From Antedon mediterranea (taxonomy: Eukaryota > Animalia > Echinodermata): a stretch of 64,000 nucleotides of DNA. Of the stretch, positions 14,079 to 24,690 are shown piece after piece (within the stretch, counting starts at the first letter, position 1; the number at the start of each line of letters is the position of its first letter). The DNA is taken from contig NC_092672.1 of the NCBI RefSeq assembly GCF_964355755.1, positions 3,224,001-3,288,000 of the forward strand, given 5' to 3'. The notes under the pieces were generated by a model. The model made no database searches and had not been told where the DNA came from. It saw only the letters and a list, made by a program, of their open reading frames with translations. A program made the position numbers and the translations under genes.

Positions 14079-15285
14079 GACTAAAGCTTTTGATCGTGTT
14101 GATCATAATGTTATTATAAAAAAGTTGATTGAACTGGGTGTGAGGTCGTCCATAATTCCTATTGTCTGCAGCTTTCTCACTTGCCGTTCTCTCAACACCA
14201 AGTTTGCTGGGATTTTGTCATCTTCCAAGTCACTGACTTGTGGTGTCCCACAGGGGACATTGCTTGGCCCTGTACTTTTCCTAGTACTTACTTATTAACG
14301 ATGCTTGTGTTGATTGCTGCAGACTATGGAAATATATGGATGACCTCACCCTTGGGCAAGTCGTTTGCAAAGGTGATTTGCCTTCCATGCAATCCCTGTT
14401 AGATGGTCTGAGTGTTTGGTGTTCATCGAATAATATGATACCCAAACCTTCCAAATGCCATATCTTGGTTGTCAATTTTCTTAAGGACAAGTCGGATGAT
14501 ATTATATCGCCTTCTTTTAGTCCGAGTGGTTCCATTTTACAAGTAGTTGATCACATAACGCTTCGTGGTGTAATCATTCAAAATGACCTAATATGGAAAC
14601 TTAACACTAATAATATTGTGTCTAGAGCTTCTAGACGTTTATTTTTCTTGTGCATTTTGAAGAAAGCTGGAATCTTAATTAATGATCTGTTGACTGTTTA
14701 TATGGCTTATATAAGACCTATATTATGCTGCCCCTGTTTGGCATGGCGCTATCACTGAAGATATTGAAAAGGTACTAAGAAGGCATTGCGAATCATGCTA
14801 GGTAACAACAACTATTTGTGCTATTATCATGCATTGTCTGTTACTGGATTACCTACTCTTGTAGAGAGAAGAAACTAACTAGTGTTGTCTTTCGGGTAAG
14901 GCTTATTAAAATCCGAGCTGTTTAGAGAAATACTTCCCCCTCTTCATAAGCCAGCTTGGTCTCTCAGAGTCAACCGCTTTCTCGAAGTACATCATTGTAA
15001 AACCAGCAGACTTAGGTCGTCTCCAGTTCCTACCATGGTGGATAAAATTAATAGGCGCCACCAGCTTTTTATTTCTTTTTTTTACCCCAGTATTTTTAAG
15101 ATATCTAATAAGTGAATGTTTTTATTCATGTATGTTTTCTTAATTCATGGTACGATATTTAATTTTAATAGGATGTTTCTATTTTTATAGCAATTTTAAC
15201 TAATTTTTAAATATTTGTAATGCAATTCATTTCAGTCCTGACTGTCATTTTGTTATATATTTTTAATATACCGAAAAAAAAAAAA
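14079..15285 (+). mobile_element. 5'-truncated, frameshifted LINE (L2/CR1 group) RT fragment with 3' UTR and A tail
   Basis: TKAFDRVDHN...CGVPQGTLLGPVLFLV...KYMDDL...AYIRPIL; ends in an A run at about 15274-15285. Confidence 0.85.
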
Positions 15286-15437
15286 TATATCTAATACTGC
15301 ATTCTTTTTTAAAATTTTAGTGGATTGATTTTCTCAAAAATTGTTTTTCATCCAACAATTTGTTTTGTGAACATTTTACTCCGTAAATTCTTTGGCAATA
15401 CTATGTCTCTTGTCTTCAGAAAACAATTCATTGATTC

Positions 15438-16589
15438 TCATCTGTAAGACTCGCCTCTGAAAGAAAAGTAACAAATTATTAAATTATTTTGTTTGATGAT
15501 CTTGTATATATATATATATATATATAAATATATTCTAATGCTTGGCAAAGGACCATCAAACAAAATAATTAATTAATTTATACCGTATATATATATACAA
15601 ATCTTTATATAATTTTCCACAATAATATTTACAGCAGAACAGAGGGTACATTATGCTATGCAACAACTGCAACAATATTAAGTATTTATATTAATAAACT
15701 TATACATATAAAATACAGTAGTAAAAAGCTATTCACATTTTTGAAACACTCTTGATAAAGATTAAAGTTCTGTCTACACTATCAAACTAGTTTGACAAAA
15801 AACTGTGATGTACACAAATATGGTAGTGATATGCCCAAATATGGTAGTGATATCATTGTGTCTATATTTGGGCACATCACATTTTTTGTCACATAAAGTT
15901 TGATAGTGTAGACAGAGCTTTATACATACTGTCAAAAATGCTATTCAAATTTTTGAACATTTATAAAGAAGTTTCCAAATACTTGATTTTAACTTACCTT
16001 GCAAATATAATCATGGCGATGAGGCTAAAAATGAATTCAAATGCAAGGAAAATAATTGGAATTATATTTAAAATGACCTCAACACGTAGCACGTATGGTT
16101 GCCATTTAAGGTAATACACATAAACAAAGATAAGTGAGTGAGTGGCCGAGCGGTTAAGACAGTGGAACCGTAATTACGTAGCCATAACATCGGCAGGGGT
16201 TCGAGGCTCACTCACTCCATGGTTCTGGTGGTAGAACGAGTCTTCTCGGATAAGGACTATAAACCGTAGGTCCAGTGTACACATCTAGCTCGTGTGCACT
16301 TTAAAGAACCTAGTACATCTTTCGAGACGAGTAGGGGGTTACCCCGGTGTATTAGTACATCACAGCCACTGATCACCAACTTACCTTCCAAATGTAATCA
16401 TGGCGATGAGGCTAAAAATGAATTCAAAATGCAAGGAAAATAATTGGAATTACATTTAAAAAGACCTCAACAAGTAGCACGTATGTTTGCCACTTAAGGT
16501 AATACACAAATAAACAAAGAAGACTGGTATGCATAACATCACTGATACACCAAGATAGGGTATCTTCTCTGTTAAATTTCCCTTTTTCC
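15438..16589 (-). pseudogene. TMEM216-like orphan exons: terminal exon (15456-15438, RGESYR*) and two copies of the 202-nt exon (15998-16130 truncated by SINE; 16385-16589 frameshifted)
   Basis: YYLKWQ(P/T)YVL(R/L)VE motif, conserved AG/GTAAGT donor; no upstream exons follow. Confidence 0.85.
16133..16380 (+). mobile_element. tRNA-derived SINE, 3'-truncated, interrupting a TMEM216-like exon
   Basis: Head GAGTGAGTGGCCGAGCGGTTAAG...GGTTCGAGGCTCACTCACTCCA (A box, B box, paired acceptor stem). Confidence 0.85.
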
Positions 16590-16770
16590 TTAAAATAAAA
16601 TAATTGAAATTCAATGCTTAGTATGGACAAATATTGTAGACTTTTTTATGAGGTATAATTTTCTTTTTTTTTCAGTTACCGATTGAGAGAAAACAAATGT
16701 TGTAATTAAACAACCGATTCTGCTACTGTCCCTAGGTGATGTCTGTATAACTATAGAAAGTTATCCACGT

Positions 16771-17103
16771 TGCTGTCTGCATAAATGCTGTACTTTTAAC
16801 ACCGTACACTGTCATGTAGCACAGTGTCTGTTGACAAGTTACAATGAGTTTATTACCTTAATTATTTTCTATTATAAAAAATTACTTCCTAAATATACTA
16901 AACCTAACCCTCTAAATAATCTCCCTCAACTATTAAAAAATTTAAGAATTAAAAAAAAAGCATGTTCTTTATAGACCTTGAACCGAGGGCTTCAGTGTGC
17001 AACATTAAAGACTTTGCCACTAGACCAAACATTTCGGTTGGCAAACGGTGTTTGTATTTACTCTATATAGCACGTTAAAAGTACAGCATTTATGCAGACA
17101 GCA
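16771..17103. mobile_element. MITE with 30-bp perfect TIRs and internal tRNA-like A/B boxes
   Basis: TGCTGTCTGCATAAATGCTGTACTTTTAAC at 16771-16800 and its reverse complement at 17074-17103; minus-strand TGGTCTAGTGG...GGTTCAAGG at about 17027-16975. Confidence 0.75.
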
Positions 17104-17398
17104 TACAATCAGTTTGTTTGTAGTATCAATAAATAAAACTCAAAACCAAACTGATTGATCTTTTCTTTTTTTTCCCTCTGTCTGTGCGTGTTTTTTTTTG
17201 TATATTGCTTGTTTCTCTTAATTCCCATTCTTATACACATATCCATTATTTTGCATAGACATACCCAGAACAAGATACCCACATCTTCTCGAGATTATGC
17301 CTTCCTCCATAGCCTATTTTTTTTTAATTCTCTTTTCTTTTTTCCATCATAATCTTTTTACCATATCATTTCTGTATATAGTACAGTAACATATATAA

Positions 17399-17556
17399 AG
17401 CTGGTTTCCACTAGGCGAATTTATTCGCACGAATCAATAGCGTCAGCTTATACGCATGCGTATTCATGTTTGCATCTTCCAAATACCTCTCTACGCATGC
17501 GTATAAACTGACGCTTTCGATTCGCGCAAACAAATTTGCCTAGTGGAAAATCGGCT
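17399..17556. mobile_element. Harbinger-like hairpin MITE
   Basis: About 65-bp imperfect TIRs starting AGCTGGTTTCCACTAGGC; TAA/TAA flanks. Confidence 0.75.
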
Positions 17557-17995
17557 TAAAGAAAACTAGCTCCAGCTCGATATTTGTGCCAAAATAGATT
17601 TTATTGGCTAATTTTGAGTTGCTGAATTAAAAAAAGTTAGGTGCCATTTTTTCGACCACTCCTTCAGCCGCCATTTGGTATTTCAAAATGGCCGACATTC
17701 CAAACTGAACTTTGTCATCCATGGTATAATCAGAAAGGGAATGAAATACTGATCATTTTATCCCATTAACATCCATATCAAAAAATGCATAGTTACATAG
17801 TTATTTAACAATAAACAAGTCACGTGACCAATAAAGGTCAAAGGTCAACATTTTAATTTTTTCATATACTTTACTGTTTGGTATGGTAGGATGGTTTTTT
17901 TTATTCTGAATACAGTTTTACTAATATCCATTCGTTTTTACTTTGTTTATTGTCATAATTTTCCAGTTATGTAAATAAATTGTTTTTAAATGTAG

Positions 17996-18357
17996 GCCCA
18001 ACTACAAAGTCGATCCTGCCAACATGAAAACCGTATGGCGTTGAAACGCGGAGTCGAGAGCAACAAACTAGTCCAGCCTAAACGGGTACTGGAGCTGATG
18101 CGGCTGCAAAGGCAAAGAAGGAAAAAGCTAAGAAGGCAGATAAGGAGAAGAAAGCAACAAAGACCAAAAAACCAACTGCAAAGAAACCAGCTGCAAAGAA
18201 GGCTACCAAGTCACATAAAAAGGCAAAGAAGTCGGAGAAAAAGAAGCCATCTTCTAAGCCTAAGAAGGCTAAATCTCCTGCAAAGAAACCAAAGACCAAG
18301 AAGCCGAAAACTAAAAAGGCTTCAAAACCACCAAAGAAGGCAGCTGCAAAGAAGTAA
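17996..18357 (+). pseudogene. Histone H1 pseudogene (partial globular domain + full Lys/Ala/Pro-rich C-tail), 5'-truncated, frameshifted
   Basis: NYKVDPANMK/RMALKRGVESNKLVQPK/GTGA then AAAKAKKEKAKK...KPPKKAAAKK* (TAA 18355-18357). Confidence 0.9.
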
Positions 18358-18381
18358 AACATTTACAACCAAAAACCAAAC

Positions 18382-18397
18382 GGCTCTTTCCAGAGCC
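18382..18397 (+). terminator. Replication-dependent histone mRNA 3' stem-loop
   Basis: AAC-GGCTCT TTCC AGAGCC-ACCA 24 nt after the H1 stop, followed by a purine-rich AGAGA element. Confidence 0.85.
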
Positions 18398-19640
18398 ACC
18401 AAAATATCCTAGAGATTTGATTGCTTTCACGTATAACCTAAATATTATGATATACACCACATTCTTTTAAATTAATTCATTTACGAAACAATACAAATAG
18501 TGCAATATTTTTTAATAATTTGCATTTAGAATTGCAAAGAAAAAGCTATTATACACGTGAACAGTTAATATGTATATAAAATATTATTCCTGATAATATG
18601 TAATTCAGTGCTGATGTAATTAAAACATTGCTTATCAAAGAAAATATACTTCGATGGTTGAAGGAGTTGGAAAATAATCAATTCATCTTTTATGATGTTT
18701 AATATCTTGATGCTTTGATTGAGTGCATGCCACTAATTAAATGCAACTGGTGTTGATTATCAATTAATCGATTTGCCCTCCTACGTTGATTTTAGGTTCG
18801 ATTGGATAGCTATTCAGTTCACCTTATATGCAGACGGGTATACAGTAATTTGATTGTAAATTACTGTATACATAAACGGTAGTCCTATATTTATTATAAT
18901 GTATAAATAATGCCCAGTTACAAATGTTTGAACCTTTGATTTCGACAAACGAAAAGTTAAATCTACTGAACTGAGCTGGAGGCTCAACCAATAATTTTAT
19001 CTATGACAATATAAAACAAACGACGATAAAGTGAGGCAACGTTGCACTTTCAAACTTTATTTGTTCATCTTCAGGAATGCATGACATGAAAAACCAACTT
19101 TTATTTCTCACAATAATACAAAAACAATTACTTTTATTGTTTACCATATAACATTATTAATAGGCACCACCAGCTTTTTTTTTACCCCAGTATTTTTAAG
19201 ATATTTAATAAGTGAATGTTTTGAGGTTTTTATTCATGTTTTTATAATTCATGGTACGATATTTAATTGTAATAGGATGTTTCTATTTTTATAGCAATTT
19301 TAACTAATTTTTACATATTTGTAATGCAATTCATTTCAGTCCATGACTGTCATTTTGTAATGTATTTTTAATATACCGAAAAAAAAATTAATAAATAAAT
19401 ATATCTAATACTGCATTCCTTTTTAAAATTTTAGGGGATTGATTTTCTCAAAAATTGTTTTTCATTCAACAATTTGTTTTATGAACATTTTACTCATTAA
19501 AGTTGGCAATACCATGTATCTTGTCTTCAGAAAACAATTCATTGATTCTCATCAGTAAGACTCGGCTCTGAAAGAAAAGTAACAAATTATTAAATTATTT
19601 TGTTTGATGGTCTTGCATATATATATAAATATATTCTAAT

Positions 19641-20927
19641 TCAATTAAATATCCCGCATCGACAATACTACGTCTCGCTGAACTTGTACTTAATACTACA
19701 GCCTTCAACTTCAATGGAAAGTTTTTTCGGCAAGTTTCTGGGATAAGCATGGGTACAAAAATGGGACCTAACTTTGCTTGCCTCTTTATGGGGTATTTTG
19801 AGCAGAATGTGTTACGAGATTATAAGGGAAAGAAACCAGATTTATTCAAACGGTATATTGATGATTGTGTTGGTGTTATGTCGGGAACTTTAGATGAACT
19901 TAATGAGTTCATTAACTTTGTGAACAATTTTCATCCTGCTATAAAGTTTACTCATGAAATTTCTGACAAGTGTGTGCCTTTCCTTGATATTAGTTTATCT
20001 ATTGATAAACCTGGTCTTTCTACATCCGTCCACTACAAAGATACTGACGCGCACACTTATCTAAATTACAACTCTTCGCATCCTCTAGCTTGTAAGAATG
20101 CTATACCGTATTCGCAACTTGTTAGACTTCGACGTTTATGTAGCGATGATGATGACTTTAACATCAAAGCATCTGAGATGATCGATTTTTTCAATGCACG
20201 CGAATATCCATCTGACATTACTGTGAAATCTCTAAGAAAAGTTTGCCAGTTAACGCACGAGGACACATTGCAACCTACACATAATACAAATGCTTGTGAC
20301 CGCATACCTCTAGTCCTCACGTATCATCCTATGAATAAGAAGGTTATTAACATTGTTCGCGATAACTTTTCAATTTTGACTGAAGATAAATCCGCTACAA
20401 AAGATATTTTTCAAGAACCACCCATGATAGCTTACAGACGTGATCAAAGCATTAAAGACACTTTAGTTAAATCTAAATTACAAAACAAAGGTAATGAATC
20501 AATTGGAACATTCAAATGTAATAGAAATAGATGTTCGACATGTAATTACGTTTCATGTTCAAACCAAATAGTAGGACCTTCTGGTAATTATGTGATCACA
20601 GATCGTATTACGTGCACCACTAGAAATCTAGTTTATTGTATTTCGTGTACTAAATGTAATATGCTTTATATTGGTGAAACTAAACGCAGGTTAGGTGATA
20701 GGTTTGTAGAACATTTAAGGTCTATTAAACTAAAGACTCCCGGATTACCTGTAGCCACCCATTTTTGTAATAATGAGCATTCCCTTTCGGATATTACTAT
20801 TTCTGGTGTTAAAGTATGTAATGGTTCTGAGACATCTCGTAGAATTATAGAAGAAAGAATAATTGTAAAGCTTGGCACTCTTGCCCCTACCGGCATAAAT
20901 GTACAATTTAGATCCTTTAAACATTAA
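19641..20927 (+). CDS. Penelope-like RT (C-terminal part) + Cys-rich linker + GIY-YIG endonuclease, open but lacking N-terminus
   Basis: Frame open from the insertion edge: FNGKFFRQVSGISMGTKMGP, RYIDD, FLDI, CNRNRCSTC, NLVYCISCTKCNMLYIGETKRRLGDRFVEH, LGTLAPTGIN. Confidence 0.92.
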   Translation, partial: SIKYPASTILRLAELVLNTTAFNFNGKFFRQVSGISMGTKMGPNFACLFMGYFEQNVLRDYKGKKPDLFKRYIDDCVGVMSGTLDELNEFINFVNNFHPAIKFTHEISDKCVPFLDISLSIDKPGLSTSVHYKDTDAHTYLNYNSSHPLACKNAIPYSQLVRLRRLCSDDDDFNIKASEMIDFFNAREYPSDITVKSLRKVCQLTHEDTLQPTHNTNACDRIPLVLTYHPMNKKVINIVRDNFSILTEDKSATKDIFQEPPMIAYRRDQSIKDTLVKSKLQNKGNESIGTFKCNRNRCSTCNYVSCSNQIVGPSGNYVITDRITCTTRNLVYCISCTKCNMLYIGETKRRLGDRFVEHLRSIKLKTPGLPVATHFCNNEHSLSDITISGVKVCNGSETSRRIIEERIIVKLGTLAPTGINVQFRSFKH

Positions 20928-21145
20928 TTTTGCCAGAGACATTCACATATTAACAATTATTTACACTTGAAGCTTTTGTCTTTGTTTTAAATTTCCTGCT
21001 TTATAAGCAACCATTCCTGCTTTGTACACCATAGCTTTTGGAGGCGTGCCTTTATAACTATGCCTTTTGTTTGTTAACATCTTTGATTGGTTGATTTGTT
21101 TTATTATGTAATTTTGTGACTTATATATGTTATCCTTTGTTACAA

Positions 21146-21194
21146 TTCTTTTCACCTGATGATGGGCTATGCCCGAAACATGTCGTTAAAATAA
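21146..21194 (+). ncRNA. Minimal type I hammerhead ribozyme in the Penelope-like 3' region
   Basis: CTGATGA (21156-21162), helix II GGGC-TAT-GCCC, GAAA, palindromic ACATGT helix III, GTC cleavage triplet (21182-21184), imperfect helix I TTCTTTTCAC/GTTAAAATAA. Confidence 0.85.
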
Positions 21195-21606
21195 ATCTAT
21201 ATTGAGGCAGTTTTAACTTATTTGATCTTAAATATATTCTAATGCTTTGCAAAGGACCATCAAACAAAATAATTTAATAATTTATATTATATATATATAT
21301 ATATATATAAATACAAATCTTTATATAATTTTCCACAATAATATTTACAGCAGAACAGAGGGTACATTATGCTATGTAACAACTGCAACAATATTAAGTA
21401 TTTATATTAATAAACTTATACATATAAGCAGTAGTAAAATGCTATTCACATTTTTGGTAGCGATATCATTGTGTCCATATTTGGGTACATCACATTTTTT
21501 TGTCACATAAAGTTTAATAGTGTAGACAGAGCTTTATACATACAGTCAAATGCTATTCAAATTTTTGAACATTTATAAAGAAGTTTCCGAACACTAGATA
21601 ACTTAC

Positions 21607-21773
21607 CTTGCAAATGTAATCATGGCGATGAGGCTAAAAATTAATTCAAATGCAAGGAAAATAATTGGAATTACATTTAAAATCAGCTCAACACGTAGCA
21701 CGTATGGTTGCCATTTATATAAACAAAGAAGACTGGTACGCATAACGCCAATGATACACCAAGATGTGGTAGC
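21607..21773 (-). pseudogene. TMEM216-like orphan exon (internal deletion, 5'-truncated); its terminal exon is at 19567-19552
   Basis: Same sequence class as exon 25613-25412; the intervening intron hosts the Penelope-like insertion. Confidence 0.8.
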
Positions 21774-22520
21774 CTCTATAGCATGTCTGTCTAGGCTCTC
21801 AAGCCTGTCTGTCTAGCCTTTCTGTGTAGCCTCTATAGACTGTCTGTCTAGTCTGTCTGTCTAGCCTGTCTAGCATGTGTAGCCCCTCCCTCTAGCCTGT
21901 CTGTCTAGCCTGTCTGTCTAGCTTGTCTGTCTAGCCTGTCTGTCTAGCCTCTATAGCATGTCTGTCTAGGCTCTCTAGCCTGTCTGAACTGTCTAGACTG
22001 TCTGTCTGTCTGAACAGTCTAGACTGTCTGTCTGAACTGTCTAGCCTGTCTGTCTAGCCTGTCTGTCTAGCTTGTCTGTCTAGCCTGTCTGTCTAGCCTC
22101 TAAGCATGTCTGTCTAGGCTCTCTAGCCTGTCTGAACTGTCTGTCTGGCTATACTGTCTGTCTGTCTGAACTGTCTATCTGTCTAGACTGTCTGTCTGAA
22201 CTGTCTAGACTGTCTGTCTAGACTGTCAGTCTGAACTGTCTACTGTCTAGACTGTCTAGACTGTCTGTCTGTCTAGACTGTCTGTCTAGACTGTCTGTCT
22301 GTCTAGACTGTCTGTCTGTCTAGACTGTCTGTCTGTCTAGACTGGACTGTCTGTCTGTCTAGACTGTCTGTCTGTCTAGACTGTCTGTCTGAAATGTCTA
22401 GACTGTCTGTCTGTCTGTCAAGACAGACAGGCTAGACAGACAGGCTATACAGATAAACAGGCCAGACAGGCTAGAGAGACAGGCTAGAGAGACAAGATGG
22501 TACGCGAGCGAATCTAGTTT
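21770..22520. repeat. Complex GTCT/CTAG microsatellite with inverted (GACA) end, possibly a non-autonomous Helitron remnant
   Basis: (CTGTCTGTCTAGC/A)n for about 650 bp, strand switch near 22420, ends ...GCGAGCGAATCTAGT. Confidence 0.7.
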
Positions 22521-23952
22521 ATATATTATTAGCTTACTAAATAATTTATCAATAACACATAAATCAGTTTTACTGGGTAAAATGTTATTTGTTATTTAAA
22601 TATTTTTATATAGTTTATTTTATATCATTTTTGTTATTTTGGGAGTACGGAACCTGAACTCTCGTTATACTGATTAGGTTCACTTTTAGGTTCCTGCCTA
22701 CTCCCTTAGTTTCTGTGTTTTTGTTTGTTTGTAACTGGTTTTTGGCAATAAATAATAATAATAATAATAATAATAAAATACTGTTCAATTTTCTATAATC
22801 TAGGCCTATGCTCAATCTAACTTCGCGCGGGACTGAAAATTGGCCATCAAATAATGGAATGTCCCAGATATGCAATAAACCAATCAGATCACATGCAATT
22901 AGTGACGAATTGCATATTCGCCGTTTTTGAGGCGCGTAAACAGTGTGTGCGTTTTACTCACACGAAGTGACGAATCGATATTCGACGCTTCGTGTGACGA
23001 ATGATTATAATATCATAATATATTCGCCAAATTATAATTAAAATAATTAATTAATGAAATAAGATACGCAGTTGATATTTGCATCAATTGTTTTTTAGAA
23101 TAAATACTGACGCTTTTCCCTGGTTTTAATGATGTCTACAAGCAGTGCTATAAATCAAACATTTGTATTGAAAGGTGCATTGTACCTCAATTTTGCTGTA
23201 CTACCAGAGGAAATATTTTTATTTAAAATATCTGTATAAACCATAAGTTTCATACTGTGTAATACTGTATAAAAATAATGCAATATATTTGACAACAGAG
23301 AACAGTGTCGTCAGCATATTGTGGCATGTGGGATGAGATCATGGTAGAAAAATCAGCAACATACATATTAAAACTACTACTGCTGATGCTTTCTTAACAT
23401 TTACATCCTTTGTTTTCGCTGATATCCAGACTCTCAGAAAGGACTACTGAACTACTTACTTTGTCTCCATTCGCTTTCAGTTCTCACAAAATAAGTCCTA
23501 TTTGTAGTATCGTCAACGACACGTTGAGTATCATCAGTAATTTGCGGCGATTTACAATTATCCATTGTGATAATTCCAGCAGCGTCTCTGGCAACGGCAT
23601 TACATTCTCAGAAATAATCGTTTAAGCAGAGTAACTCAAGTTCTTTACCACATATTCCTTGATATCAATTGAACTATCAAAGGGTACCATTTCTATTACA
23701 AATTTTAAAAATATTGTTGCAGCTTATTCTTTGTGTATAGCAAATTTTCTGCAATAACATTTTAGATAGGCTACTGTACATACATCACTCTTTACTTGTT
23801 TAATTATTTTGATGTGATGGCCTTATGTACTTTTTTTCAGCAGTTTATATCAAAGCAGCCTGACGGATTTTACGAGTTATATTTTCATCGTTGTAACCAA
23901 TTCTCGTTTTGCTATATCATTCCAATTGTAACAAAGATATTAAAATAATAAC

Positions 23953-24249
23953 ACAAAATTAGGTTCAATCTCATCCTATTTATTTGTTATGAAGAGAGCA
24001 CCCGTCACTGAAAACAATATAATGAAATCAAATAAATTCATGTTCTACACAATTAAAAATTCACAGGTTTTAAACATTTAAATGTTTGTGCTATATACAA
24101 ACAAAATTAGGTTCAATCTCATCCTATTTATTTGTTATGAAGAGAGCACCCGTCACTGAAAACAATATAATGAAATCAAATAAATTCATGTTCTACACAA
24201 TTAAAAATTCACAGGTTTTAAACATTTAAATGTTTGTGCTATATACAAA
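23953..24249. repeat. 148-bp tandem duplication
   Basis: ACAAAATTAGGTTCAATC...CTATATACAA occurs twice; single in the other arm. Confidence 0.9.
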
Positions 24250-24690
24250 TCTATCACTCAACCCTATTATGAACAAAATACATTTTAAGCCATCAACATA
24301 CCAAACATAATTATACCCGGAAAATATTTAATATTAATAGATAATATTTAAATAAAGACATTTTTTGTACAACTAGCTCAAAACAGTAAAGTATTCCAAA
24401 CCTTTGTATACAACTGGGTACACTATCAAACGTGCCCAAATATGATAGGGGTATGCCCAAATATGGTCAATAAATGGGCACACATCACATTGTTTTTGTC
24501 ACATAAAGTTTGATAGTGTAGATAGAGCTTAAGGTAGACTAAAATAATACTGTGGAGTATTCTAATGATGAACTATTAATAATTATTAAGATAATGTAAC
24601 ATGAATGGTTGACAACTAATATTTGCTAAAAATAGGTGAGTTCCAGAAAGCTGAACTTGTTCTCTTCAAGTATCGTGCTCTTTTTTTCCT

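Larger units (their letters stand above)
10441..16425 (+). repeat. Direct segmental duplication, copy 1
   Basis: Collinear high identity with 38958-47968 (identical ORF 11088 vs 39397; shared LINE, SINE and TMEM216 exon remnants). Confidence 0.95.
19641..21228 (+). mobile_element. 5'-truncated Penelope-like retroelement (Neptune-type architecture)
   Basis: Flanked by 15-bp TSD TAAATATATTCTAAT (19626-19640, 21229-21243); empty site seen in paralogous sequence at about 15525-15540. Confidence 0.93.

Noticed and set aside
18035-18412. Arg/Gln-rich 125-aa ORF as a protamine-like gene
   Set aside because: It is the shifted frame of the H1 C-tail after a frameshift; no promoter or native start.
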